From the NCBI GenBank assembly GCA_943788985.1, contig CALSSJ010000031.1, positions 73,261-137,260 on the forward strand: DNA of 64,000 nucleotides, read 5' to 3'. Origin of the DNA: an uncultured Lentisphaerales bacterium. Lineage in GTDB: Bacteria > Verrucomicrobiota > Lentisphaeria > JABSQK01 > UBA12247. Position 1 is the first letter of the stretch. Each line of letters opens with the position of its first letter. This document shows, piece after piece, positions 40,543-50,488 of this stretch. Below the pieces are notes generated by a model. The model was given only the letters and a program-made list of their open reading frames with translations, searched no databases and had not been told where the DNA came from. The translations under genes and the position numbers were made by a program.

Positions 40543-41004
40543 ATGGCACTTCAGCCAGGCGACAAAGCACCGCAATTCAGTGGCAAGACACAGACTGGGG
40601 AGACCGTTTCACTCGACCAGTTCAGGGGCAAAACCGTCATCCTCTATTTTTATCCCAAGGATGACACGCCCGGATGCACAAAGGAGGCTTGCTCGCTTCG
40701 TGACAACTTCGAGGTCCTGACCGAACGCGGCATCGTTGTGGTCGGTGTCAGCCCTGACGGGGTCGAGTCACATCAGAAGTTTGTAGCCAAGTATGACCTA
40801 CCGTTTCAGCTGCTGGCCGACGAGGACAGGACCGTAATCGCTGCCTACGGAATTTGGGGTGAGAAGATGAACTACGGAAAGCGAAGTATGGGCATCCTGC
40901 GCCATACCTATGTGATCGGCCCGGATGGCGAAATCCGCAAGATCTTCAAGCAAGTCAAGACGGCAGAACACGCCCAGCAGATCCTGAAGTTTCTGGATTC
41001 CTGA
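40543..41004 (+). CDS. bcp: Thioredoxin-dependent peroxiredoxin
   Basis: YFYPKDDTPGCTKEAC. Confidence 0.95.
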   Translation: MALQPGDKAPQFSGKTQTGETVSLDQFRGKTVILYFYPKDDTPGCTKEACSLRDNFEVLTERGIVVVGVSPDGVESHQKFVAKYDLPFQLLADEDRTVIAAYGIWGEKMNYGKRSMGILRHTYVIGPDGEIRKIFKQVKTAEHAQQILKFLDS

Positions 41005-41013
41005 CCGGCCGCG

Positions 41014-42105
41014 TTACTGCGTCTTAAACAAGTCCCCGTAAGCCCCTAGGCCATTTTTCTCAAGCTCACTCGCCGGAATGAACCGCAATGCTGCGGAGTT
41101 GATGCAGTAGCGCAGTCCAGTCGAAGGCGGGCCATCGGGGAAGACATGGCCAAGGTGGGAATCTGCCTGCGAACTCCGCACTTCGGTTCGCACCATTCCC
41201 AGCTTGCGGTCGCTGTGTTCCACGACCGAGTCTTCGGCTAGCGGCTTGGTGAAGCTGGGCCAACCAGTCCCTGACTTGAACTTGTCAGTGGAGCTGAATA
41301 GCGGCTCCCCAGAGACAATGTCCACGTAGATGCCGGAGACTTTGTGATCCCAGTACTCGTTTCGAAACGGGCGCTCGGTCCCGTCCTCCTGCGTCACGCG
41401 GTACTGAATATCGGTCAGGATCTCGCGCAGCTTCTCCTTGCTGGGTTTGCGCCAGGCACTGTTTAGAAACGATGGAATGTCGTCCCAGACTCGGCGGATG
41501 TACTGATCCCGCCCCGAGCCGTTGCGATAGCGTTTGTAGTGAGAGGGATTTTTCCGGTAGTAGTCCTGGTGGTACTCTTCCGCAGGATAGAACTCTGTGA
41601 GCGGCTTGACGCCAGTGGCGATGTCTTTGCCGCGAAACGCGGCCAGCGCAGCGACTGCCGCGCGAGATTGCTCCGCGACGGACTTCTGCGCGTCATCTGC
41701 GTAATAGATCGCGCTTGTGTACTGTCGCCCACGATCGACAAAGGAGCCCCCAGCATCCGTTGGGTCGATTAGGCGCCAGAAGGCTTCGACCAATTGGCTG
41801 TAGGAGATGACTTTGGGATCGAAATCCACCTTGATCGCCTCAAGATGACGGGTCTGGCCAGACGCCACCTTCTTATAGTGCGCACCGTTCTCGGCTCCCC
41901 CGGTATAGCCGGACACGACGCTCGACACGCCTGGTAGTTTTTCCAGGCTCGCTTCGGTACACCAAAAGCAGCCCCCTGCAAATACGGCGTGGGCGCTGGT
42001 GCCGTCTGTCGCGGGAGGCGCCGGTGATGAGCTTGCAGCCGGGGGCTTGGCGCAGGCGCTCATGCTAATTGCAATGATAAGGGCAGTGAGGGTGAGGCGA
42101 ATCAT
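41014..42105 (-). CDS. msrAB: Exported (lipoprotein) bifunctional methionine sulfoxide reductase
   Basis: Lipobox-like [35 protein letters not shown]. Confidence 0.95.
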   Translation of the reverse strand: MIRLTLTALIIAISMSACAKPPAASSSPAPPATDGTSAHAVFAGGCFWCTEASLEKLPGVSSVVSGYTGGAENGAHYKKVASGQTRHLEAIKVDFDPKVISYSQLVEAFWRLIDPTDAGGSFVDRGRQYTSAIYYADDAQKSVAEQSRAAVAALAAFRGKDIATGVKPLTEFYPAEEYHQDYYRKNPSHYKRYRNGSGRDQYIRRVWDDIPSFLNSAWRKPSKEKLREILTDIQYRVTQEDGTERPFRNEYWDHKVSGIYVDIVSGEPLFSSTDKFKSGTGWPSFTKPLAEDSVVEHSDRKLGMVRTEVRSSQADSHLGHVFPDGPPSTGLRYCINSAALRFIPASELEKNGLGAYGDLFKTQ

Positions 42106-42159
42106 AGAATTTCTCCGTTTGGGTTTGGTCCCTTCATTCTTAACGATGGCAACAGTAAG

Positions 42160-43083
42160 TCAGCGAAAAAATTTAAGTCGCGATCGCCGCGATGCGGTCA
42201 CACTAAGACTGCTCGCGGCGGACGGGTACTCCTCGTGGAATTCTGGCACTGGCGCGTGTGCTGGCAAAAGACTCCAAAGGTCAGGTGCAGCTAAGCACTC
42301 CAGAAAAATTTCTTTTTCGCGAAGTGCGCATTCAGTGACAAGCGGCAACAGGACCACATCGGCCGCGCAATAGCGAGTCAGCAGGGTCTTGAACGCAGGA
42401 TCCGAGGTTCGACGCCAAGCCTTCCAAAGCCGTATCGCGTCGTCTCCGGCAAGCGATTCAATGTCCTCCGGGCGATGAATCCCCATTGTGCGCGCGATGG
42501 CCTTGAGCCCGCCTCTGTGCGCTTGATGGTAACAGAGCCAGCGAAGATCTAGGTGCGCGCAGGGAAGTTCCGGAATGTGAAAGTAGTCGAGAACTCGCGG
42601 CACATCGAAGGAGGCACCGTTGAAGGAGACCAACAACTTAATCTCCGCCAGCAGCTCGAGAAAATCATCCAGATTCTCATGCTCGTAGAAGTAATGAAGC
42701 TCCCCTTGATGATAGCATGCAATCATGGCAATCGCGCTGTCGCGATCAAGTCCGGTCGTTTCTATGTCAAACCAGGCTGCACGCGGGAAATGTTCCGCCA
42801 GAATGCGCCAATGGTCGATAGGCCGCAACGTCTGACACAGCGGCAGAAGACGGTCGCACTCGAGATCGTGTTGGTTCTGCGCGATTACCGCACAGATGGG
42901 TGCGTGGAGCGTTTCCGCAAGGGGCCAGCTGGCTGTGCTCTGGATCGCCGCCCAGCTATCCAGCCCTGCATCACGAAGACGTTGCTCCCGAACTGGGCCG
43001 ATTCCAGGCAGATGCAGCAACGCACCTGCGATCAGCGGTTCAAGTGTTGGCGCGAGGGTCGGCACTGGCGGACTCAACGGCAT
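42160..43083 (-). CDS. RNase H-like (YprB-type) exonuclease with N-terminal HhH-like motif
   Basis: HLPGIGPVRE, FDIETTGL, SFNGASFDVP, GGLK, YCAADV. Confidence 0.85.
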   Translation of the reverse strand: MPLSPPVPTLAPTLEPLIAGALLHLPGIGPVREQRLRDAGLDSWAAIQSTASWPLAETLHAPICAVIAQNQHDLECDRLLPLCQTLRPIDHWRILAEHFPRAAWFDIETTGLDRDSAIAMIACYHQGELHYFYEHENLDDFLELLAEIKLLVSFNGASFDVPRVLDYFHIPELPCAHLDLRWLCYHQAHRGGLKAIARTMGIHRPEDIESLAGDDAIRLWKAWRRTSDPAFKTLLTRYCAADVVLLPLVTECALREKEIFLECLAAPDLWSLLPAHAPVPEFHEEYPSAASSLSVTASRRSRLKFFR

Positions 43084-45928
43084 CTAATTCCTCTTCGTCT
43101 TTGTCGTCGTCTTCGACCTTTCTGCTCATAATCTGATCGACAATGGAGAGCATGCCGAAAAGAAAGCAATGTAGCATCGCGAGCAAAGGCCATAGGACCC
43201 AGGGCTTGCCCTGGAGCTCTCTCAGCTGGGGCACGGCGAACGCCGCGACAGCGAGCCCGATCCAGATCATACTGAGCCCCGGGCCACCCGGTAGCCGGAG
43301 GAGACGCCCCCGGATGATGTCCGCCATAATCCAGACTGGCAAAGCCAGCAGCATCAGGATCGGCAGGTCGAGTACGATCAGCTTCGACAGCGCGAAAACC
43401 AGTCCACAGCCAAGCGGAGAAAGTGCCAGAATGGCACCCAAGATACCCAGTCGGACCGACGGGGCGTCGACATCTGCGGTCTGTTCGCGGAGCACCACCT
43501 TTCTCCGTCCGATCATGTAGATCACGAACAGAAACAGAATCCCATTCACCAGCCCGAATGCGATCTCCGGAAGACGCTTTGCGGGATTTGCCATAAGTGT
43601 GCCGCTATATTGTACGAGCCCAAAGATTGGAACTGCCCAAAGTGCGCACGCCATGAAAATAGTCCGGATGATGACCTGCTTGCGTTTGCTCAGCAGCGCG
43701 ACTCTGCGGCGGCGCTTGAAGTCTCGTGCATACTGCCAGAGATTCCCTGTAACCATGTCCTTGGGGATTTCTCGAAAATAATCCCACGCTCGCTGTGCGT
43801 GGGTAATTTTACCGCGACGCTCGATATCGATTGCGCGGTTGTAGCGCTTGGCAATCTCGCGATTCACCAGCGACCGCACTTGATCCTCGCAACGTCTCCA
43901 CGTGCTATGGGCACCGGCGCGCAGCGCTTCCATTGCGACGTTCACATACTCCCACTCGTCTTCCTCTATCCACTCAGGAACGATTTCCAGAATCTTGGTC
44001 GTAAGAATCTTATCGATATCGACAATCCGGTCATGGGCGGCGATGTCCTCACGAGCCGGCCGCATCTCGCTGTTTCGCGGTGGAAGCCGAAATCGTGACA
44101 TCGCCTTGAGGCGGCGTAATACCTCGGTGTATTTTTCCTCGCGCAGCGCTTCCTCGATGGCTTCGATTGCCCGGGCGCGCTCTTCCAACAACGCGCGGCA
44201 GTTCTTCAGCAGCCGGGAACGCCGATCGCCAAGCTCGTCAGAATGCCAGGGATTGCTCGCGTTCAGCAGCTCGAATGCAAATGAAATACAATTCATTCCA
44301 ATCGCAAGTCCAGCCTGAGTTACAGTATGATTGAGGTCATTCTGGACGGCCCACAGTTCCTCATTGATGGTCAAGCAGCGCTCTTTCCCGTAGACTAGGT
44401 TGAGGTTCTTAATCATCTGCGAGTACTGCTGCATATTATAGCCTTTGGATGCTCTGTCTACCGCCTCGCGCAGTAGCTTATCCAGCTGACTCATTAGCGC
44501 GTTGTAGCGCGCTGCTGTCTCGAAATCAGGGCTATCAGACAAGCACTCCTCCGGCACCGTGGCCGCGAGTTTCTCTTGGAGCTTGACCGCGCCGTTAATG
44601 TTGTACACGCGAATGGCTGAGTCGAACTCATTCAGCAAATTGCGACGCAGCAGGATAACCTGACGCCACTCCTTCACCAGAGCAGCGGCCTCTGTATTAT
44701 TTACCCCGGAAACGCCGCGCAGTGTTTGCAACGCCGCCTCAAACTCCATGAAGCCGGCCTGTCGCTTCGCTTCCTCCATTGAGCCTAAGTAGTCCTTTGC
44801 CACATTCATGTCGCAGCCACACGATGGGCAGAACTGGCTGCTGACCTTCACTTCGGTCTCACAGATGGGGCAGGCAGAGGTGCCGCGAGTCCCGCAATGC
44901 ACACAAAACTTGGCCTCATCCGGGTTATTGCGCTCACAGTTGGGACAGGTCCAAGCGCGTGATCCGGGAATCGTCGAGCGCAGATCGTCATCTGTGACCG
45001 TGTTTGTGAGAACCTTGCCCTTTGGGCCGCGCGCACGAAGTGCATCACCAAACTCGACCATCGTTTGAAACCGCTCTTTAGGACGCTGAGCCAGCGCCTT
45101 GGACAGCACCGGCTGAACATCCGGTGGCAATTTTTGCGGGTCAAAATGCCGAGGCACGCGACCACTGAGCGCATACCACATCACAGCCCCAAGCGAGAAA
45201 ATATCCGCTCGCTCGTCGATCTCGTTACTGGTCCATTGCTCGGGGGCCACGTACTCTGGCGTACCTATGAATTGCCCTTGGAGCGTAATATCATCCCGAC
45301 TTTCTCCGTGGAGCGGACGCGCCAGGCCAAAGTCCACAAGTTTGGGGTCCATCTTCGGGGTAAGCAGTACATTGCCGGGCTTGATGTCGCGGTGAACGAT
45401 GCCCTGACGATGCGCGTAGCCAAGCGCGCTGCACAACTGGACAGTGAGCTCGCATACCTCTTCTACAGGCAGCGGGTTCCGCTTCTTGACATAGCGGCTG
45501 AGAGTAACGGGGTCCCCACTAGGCTCGCTTTCTTCGGCCAGATTGGGGCCTTGCACGTACTCCATGGTGATGAAGTGCCCGATACCATCCTGACCAATGT
45601 CATGGATCGACACGATATGCATGTGCCCCAGCGAGGCAATGGTCTGGGCTTCACGCGCAAATCGGCGCTGGTCTCTTGAGAGGTTCGCCGCATTTGGGAT
45701 CAGACGCTTTACAGCCACCATGCGATTTAGCTTGGTATCGAGCGCCTGATATACGATGCCCATTCCGCCGCGCCCAACTTCCTTGATCACGCGGTAGCGG
45801 CCGCCGATCACGTCTCCGGGCGGATCAATAATTACCGCCTGAGCGTCACACCCACGCTCGGCCTTGGGGAGCGGAGCAGCGCCCTGTTCGTCAATGGTCA
45901 TCATGTCTGAGTCAAGACGATGGTCCAT
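43040..45928 (-). CDS. Hanks Ser/Thr kinase with double zinc ribbon and C-terminal TM bundle
   Basis: GRGGMG, HRDIKPGN, DFG, APE; four CxxC pairs; about six C-terminal TMs. Confidence 0.92.
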   Translation of the reverse strand: MDHRLDSDMMTIDEQGAAPLPKAERGCDAQAVIIDPPGDVIGGRYRVIKEVGRGGMGIVYQALDTKLNRMVAVKRLIPNAANLSRDQRRFAREAQTIASLGHMHIVSIHDIGQDGIGHFITMEYVQGPNLAEESEPSGDPVTLSRYVKKRNPLPVEEVCELTVQLCSALGYAHRQGIVHRDIKPGNVLLTPKMDPKLVDFGLARPLHGESRDDITLQGQFIGTPEYVAPEQWTSNEIDERADIFSLGAVMWYALSGRVPRHFDPQKLPPDVQPVLSKALAQRPKERFQTMVEFGDALRARGPKGKVLTNTVTDDDLRSTIPGSRAWTCPNCERNNPDEAKFCVHCGTRGTSACPICETEVKVSSQFCPSCGCDMNVAKDYLGSMEEAKRQAGFMEFEAALQTLRGVSGVNNTEAAALVKEWRQVILLRRNLLNEFDSAIRVYNINGAVKLQEKLAATVPEECLSDSPDFETAARYNALMSQLDKLLREAVDRASKGYNMQQYSQMIKNLNLVYGKERCLTINEELWAVQNDLNHTVTQAGLAIGMNCISFAFELLNASNPWHSDELGDRRSRLLKNCRALLEERARAIEAIEEALREEKYTEVLRRLKAMSRFRLPPRNSEMRPAREDIAAHDRIVDIDKILTTKILEIVPEWIEEDEWEYVNVAMEALRAGAHSTWRRCEDQVRSLVNREIAKRYNRAIDIERRGKITHAQRAWDYFREIPKDMVTGNLWQYARDFKRRRRVALLSKRKQVIIRTIFMACALWAVPIFGLVQYSGTLMANPAKRLPEIAFGLVNGILFLFVIYMIGRRKVVLREQTADVDAPSVRLGILGAILALSPLGCGLVFALSKLIVLDLPILMLLALPVWIMADIIRGRLLRLPGGPGLSMIWIGLAVAAFAVPQLRELQGKPWVLWPLLAMLHCFLFGMLSIVDQIMSRKVEDDDKDEEELDAVESASADPRANT

Positions 45929-46028
45929 GCGCTAAGATTCGACGGGTTTGCAGATTCGCAACAACCGCGTTGCAAAGTGAACTGTAACCAGCTTGCCCAC
46001 TTATTGCAACGTTACCGATGACATGGTG

Positions 46029-47747
46029 CTACGAAGAGAACAGAGGGACAATCTCAAAAGCGTCGACATCCACCAATCCCTGATCGGTCAGTTTTAGTTC
46101 CGGGATGACAGGCAGAGCGAGAAATGAAAGTAACATGTAAGGGTCTGCTGTGGTGCTCCCCAATTCACGAGATACTGCTTTTAGGTGGGCCACTTGGTCT
46201 CGCACGACAGGAAGTGGAAGGTCGGACATCAGTCCCGCAATCGGTAGCGCCAGCTCGGCCAGCACCTCTCCATCGCGCACAGCCACCAGCCCACCTCCGA
46301 GCGCAGCCACGCGCTCTGCAGCCAAGGCCATGTCTTGGTCATTCATCCCGGCAACCACGAGATTGTGCGAGTCATGGGCGACTGAAGAAGCAAGCGCGCC
46401 TTCCGCCAGACGCAGCCCAGTAACGAAGCCCAGGCCAACGGCCTCGCTGCCATGGTGACGCTCGATGACAGCCAATTTTGCCAGGTCGCGTGCGGAGTCG
46501 GCAATGGCACAGGCATCGGCAAGAGTAGGCTCGAGCCGCTGCGTTCCCGTGATGATCTGGCCATCGCAAGCCTCGATCACACGTATTTTTCCTGCTTTTG
46601 CTGGCACGGAAAACAAGTCGGCATTTAGCGCCGGCACGGCGAAATCAGACGGCAATGCGCTGGAGTCGGGCCTGGGCAAATCAACCAGCAACTTCCCGTT
46701 CTCAGCTACCAATGTGCCTCTCCTAAATACCTGATGTATCTGAGGTGCGTCAAGCGAGTCACACGTGATCAGGTCGGCAAAACGCCCTGGACTCACCGCC
46801 CCCATGCGCTCAAGCCCGAAATACTGCGCCGCGTTAATCGTCGCCATGCGGATCGCATGCAGCGGCTTGATCCCCAACTGAATCGCCCGGCACACCAGAA
46901 AATCGATGTGCCCTTCCTCGAGTAAATCTGCCGGGTGTCGATCATCGGTGCAGAATAGAAACCGGTGATGGTTCTCTGCGGAGACCGCAACAGCCAGCGC
47001 CTCGAGATTCTTGGCAGCAGTTCCTTCGCGAATCATCACATAGGCGCCCGCACGGACCTTCTCTAGGGCTTCATCAGCGGTCGTACACTCGTGATCGCTG
47101 CCGATGCCAGCAGCCAGATAGGCCTGCAACGCACGGCCCGTAACGCCAGGCGCATGCCCATCGCGCACGCGTCCCTCTGCAATTTGGAGCTTGGCCATCA
47201 TGTCCGGGGCCCCATCAATAACCCCAGGAAAATTCATCACCTCAGCGAGCCCCAGCACGCCATCGGTCTTCAGCAGTCGTTGCACGTCCTGCGGACTCAA
47301 CACCGCACCGGAGGTTTCCATGTGCGTCGCAGGGACGCACGGCGATGCCATGATGTGCACATCCAGAGGCAAGTTGCGCGAAGTCCTCAACATGAACTCG
47401 ACACCGGGAACACCAAGGACATTGGCAATCTCGTGAGGATCTGCGACCACGGCTGAGGTGCCGCGCGGCACCACGGCGCGGGCATACTCAGGTGGCGTCA
47501 CCATCGCGCTCTCGATATGCACGTGCGCATCCACAAAGCCCGGCAGGACAAACTGACCGCCGAGGTCGATGACCGTCTCACCATCGTACCCTCCAATGCC
47601 AGCGATCATGCCCTCGCAAATTGCGATGTCCGCAACTGTCGTTTCACCCGTAAAGACGTTCAAAATCTTCCCCCCCCGCAAGACCACGTCTGCAAGCTGG
47701 TCACCGCGGGCAACCGCGATCAAAGATTCGCGTTCCGATCGGTTCAT
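46029..47747 (-). CDS. ade: Adenine deaminase
   Basis: DAHVHIES, DPHEIANV, DGHAP, DHEC, CTDD, AHDSHN. Confidence 0.95.
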   Translation of the reverse strand: MNRSERESLIAVARGDQLADVVLRGGKILNVFTGETTVADIAICEGMIAGIGGYDGETVIDLGGQFVLPGFVDAHVHIESAMVTPPEYARAVVPRGTSAVVADPHEIANVLGVPGVEFMLRTSRNLPLDVHIMASPCVPATHMETSGAVLSPQDVQRLLKTDGVLGLAEVMNFPGVIDGAPDMMAKLQIAEGRVRDGHAPGVTGRALQAYLAAGIGSDHECTTADEALEKVRAGAYVMIREGTAAKNLEALAVAVSAENHHRFLFCTDDRHPADLLEEGHIDFLVCRAIQLGIKPLHAIRMATINAAQYFGLERMGAVSPGRFADLITCDSLDAPQIHQVFRRGTLVAENGKLLVDLPRPDSSALPSDFAVPALNADLFSVPAKAGKIRVIEACDGQIITGTQRLEPTLADACAIADSARDLAKLAVIERHHGSEAVGLGFVTGLRLAEGALASSVAHDSHNLVVAGMNDQDMALAAERVAALGGGLVAVRDGEVLAELALPIAGLMSDLPLPVVRDQVAHLKAVSRELGSTTADPYMLLSFLALPVIPELKLTDQGLVDVDAFEIVPLFSS

Positions 47748-49468
47748 GATTCTCTAGCGAGCTCGGCTTTAAGTCTCTCAACCACCGCATCAAGTGCCAC
47801 CATGTCCTTCCCTTCACTGCCGCGGCGCTTGAATTCTGCCTCGCCGTTCGCAATCGTCTTGGGTGAGATGATTAGACGTAACGGGATGCCGATCAAATCC
47901 GCATCCGCGAAACTGAACCCCGCCTTCTCGCCACGGTCGTCCAACAGGACCTCAAAGCCAGAAGCGTGCAACTCGGCGTAGAGCAAATCGGCCACGGTCC
48001 GGACGGCCTCTTTCTTATAGTTAAGCGCGCAAATGTGGACCTGATATGGCGCGATTGACATGGGCCAGATCGGACCGTACTGATCGTGCGACTGCTCGAT
48101 TACGGCGGCCATAGCTCGCCCAATGCCGATGCCATAGCAGCCCATTATCAGCGGAGCACGCTTACCATTGGGATCCAAAAAGGTCGCCCCCATTGCAGCC
48201 GAGTACTTGGTCCCCAACTGGAAGATGTTTCCCACTTCGATTCCGCGTGTGATCTCGAGCGGCTCTCCGGTAAGCGGGCAAGGGTCTCCCGCTCGCGCAG
48301 TAGCGATGTCGACGATCTCCACGGATTCCGCGAGCTCAGCAAGGTCCCGCTCGAAGTTGAAATTACGGTAGTGGTAATCTACCTCGTTGGCCCCGACGAT
48401 TAGGTTTGAGGAGTGGCGCGCTGATCGGTCAAAGACCAGCTGCACCTTTTCCGCTGCGACACCAAGTGGCGAGGCATAGCCAGGAACGGAGCCGATATCC
48501 TCGATCTCACGATCCGTCGCCAAGCGCAGCTCAGACTCCTTAAGGTGGTTGCGCAGCTTGGTTTCGTTCACCTCTAGGTCGCCGCGGATGACCACGAAAA
48601 CCAACTCATCATTCCCTGTGGTGTAGAACACTGCCTTGCCGGTCTGCTCCGGCGTAGCGTCGAGAAAGGCGGCTACATCTTCGATGCTCGTCTTGCCAGG
48701 AGTGTGCACCTTCTCCAGCGGTAGCGCCCCCTCCTGCACAAAGGTCAATCCAGTCGTGGCAACGTCTCGATTGGAACGGTAGCTGCGATCCGGTGACAGG
48801 AAGATGGTGTCTTCACCACACTCGGCGACAGCCATGAACTCGTGGCTGACATTTCCGCCCATCATACCAGGATCGGCCTGAATCACCTGCACGTCTTTCA
48901 TACCGATACGCTGGAAGATGCTGACGTATGCATCGTGGCAACGCTCGTAGTATGCTTCAAGGCACTCTGAATTCGCGTGGAACGAATAGCCGTCCTTCAT
49001 CGTGAACTCGCGCACACGGATGAGCCCCGCCCGAGGACGAGCCTCATCCCGGTACTTGGTCTGCACTTGATAGACCATCGCCGGCAGCTGCTTATAGGAA
49101 CTCAACTCGGTGCGCGCCATATGCACGACCGCTTCCTCGTGAGTCATTCCAAGCACCATGGCCTTCTCGTTTCGATCCTGAAAGCGCAGCAGCTCGTCAC
49201 CGACCGTGTCGTAACGGCCGCTCTCCTCCCAGAGCTCTCCCGGCAGAACCACTGGCATCAGCATCTCCTGGCCATCGACCCGATCCATCTCTTCCCGGAT
49301 AATCGCTTCTACTTTAGAGACTACGCGCCTTCCCAAAGGAAGAAGTGTATAAATACCTGCCGATACAGAACGAATGTACCCGCCTCTTAAAAGGAATCGG
49401 TGACTGACAGTCTGGGCGTCTTTTGGCGTTTCTTTTACCTGGCGGCCAACCAGCTTGGACATCCGCAT
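47744..49468 (-). CDS. proS: Proline--tRNA ligase
   Basis: THEE, RDEARPRAGLIRVREF, GIEVGNIFQLG, MGCYGIG. Confidence 0.97.
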   Translation of the reverse strand: MRMSKLVGRQVKETPKDAQTVSHRFLLRGGYIRSVSAGIYTLLPLGRRVVSKVEAIIREEMDRVDGQEMLMPVVLPGELWEESGRYDTVGDELLRFQDRNEKAMVLGMTHEEAVVHMARTELSSYKQLPAMVYQVQTKYRDEARPRAGLIRVREFTMKDGYSFHANSECLEAYYERCHDAYVSIFQRIGMKDVQVIQADPGMMGGNVSHEFMAVAECGEDTIFLSPDRSYRSNRDVATTGLTFVQEGALPLEKVHTPGKTSIEDVAAFLDATPEQTGKAVFYTTGNDELVFVVIRGDLEVNETKLRNHLKESELRLATDREIEDIGSVPGYASPLGVAAEKVQLVFDRSARHSSNLIVGANEVDYHYRNFNFERDLAELAESVEIVDIATARAGDPCPLTGEPLEITRGIEVGNIFQLGTKYSAAMGATFLDPNGKRAPLIMGCYGIGIGRAMAAVIEQSHDQYGPIWPMSIAPYQVHICALNYKKEAVRTVADLLYAELHASGFEVLLDDRGEKAGFSFADADLIGIPLRLIISPKTIANGEAEFKRRGSEGKDMVALDAVVERLKAELARES

Positions 49469-49511
49469 CGGGAGTGCTCCTGAGTTTTTAAGCGCAAAGG
49501 GAAAAGTCTAG

Positions 49512-50393
49512 TCAGCTCGCGGGCACACGGCCGTCAACATCCAGCGGCGGATCCAGAGGCGTACTCTCACCATAGACATCCAGCCAACGCTGCGAAACCT
49601 TGTTCTCGATCGCGTTATAGTCGATCACGCTGAACTTACCGGTGCTGGTGAGTGAGCCAGCGCAGACCTCGCAGCCGCCTCCGGCCTCATCTCGGCGGAA
49701 CCCAGTATGGATATGCCCGCAGAGAGAAATCGACAACCGCCCGCTCATCAGTAGCTCGCGCAGAAAGAGGTTGTTGCCGCATCGACGCAGCCATGTCAGT
49801 TCCCGCCCATGCTGATCCGCGATCGGCCAATGCGAGACAAGGACCAGTCGACGTCGTCCCTCAATCACGTCGGGTTGCTCGCATTCGTTACGCAGCCAAG
49901 CCTCCGCAGCGGTCGTAACTCTGCCTCGCGCGGAAAGCAGAAAAGTCGGGCAGGCCTCGTTCACAATCAGGAAACGCACGGTCCCGAGATCAATTGAGGT
50001 TGGCAAGTCATCTAAGGACCAGCGGTTTCGGTTCAGGGCTCGAAATGTCTCGTGAAGCGCGCGATTACAGGCACTGTTGTGCACGTAGGCGTCATGATTT
50101 CCCGGGATGTACACAAACTCAAATCTCTGGTCTGCGGCCAGCGCCGCTAGTGCCTCGCGGGCCTGCTCGAACTCACATGGCTGGCTGACACTAGCCAAGT
50201 CCCCAGTACAAACGACGATATCAGGTGCCAGCGTTCGAATCTGCTGCACAGCAGGCGCCACCAGGCTCCAGTCATGCACGTTTCTCCTGCGCATGCAAAA
50301 ATGCGTCGCGCCCACCACGCGTTTATCAAAGTAGGCAGAGGCAGACTTCAGCCACGCCCCGGCGTGCAAATCCGAAATATGAATAATTCGCAT
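49512..50393 (-). CDS. Calcineurin-like metallophosphoesterase
   Basis: SDLH, TGD, PGNHD, GHIH. Confidence 0.92.
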   Translation of the reverse strand: MRIIHISDLHAGAWLKSASAYFDKRVVGATHFCMRRRNVHDWSLVAPAVQQIRTLAPDIVVCTGDLASVSQPCEFEQAREALAALAADQRFEFVYIPGNHDAYVHNSACNRALHETFRALNRNRWSLDDLPTSIDLGTVRFLIVNEACPTFLLSARGRVTTAAEAWLRNECEQPDVIEGRRRLVLVSHWPIADQHGRELTWLRRCGNNLFLRELLMSGRLSISLCGHIHTGFRRDEAGGGCEVCAGSLTSTGKFSVIDYNAIENKVSQRWLDVYGESTPLDPPLDVDGRVPAS

Positions 50394-50488
50394 CCGCTAT
50401 CTCCGACAACTGGCAAATGTCAGGCCTCGGCGTACTGCCGGCCATTGCGAGCAACTGGTTCTGTGACGCTGTGACACCCGTCCAATCC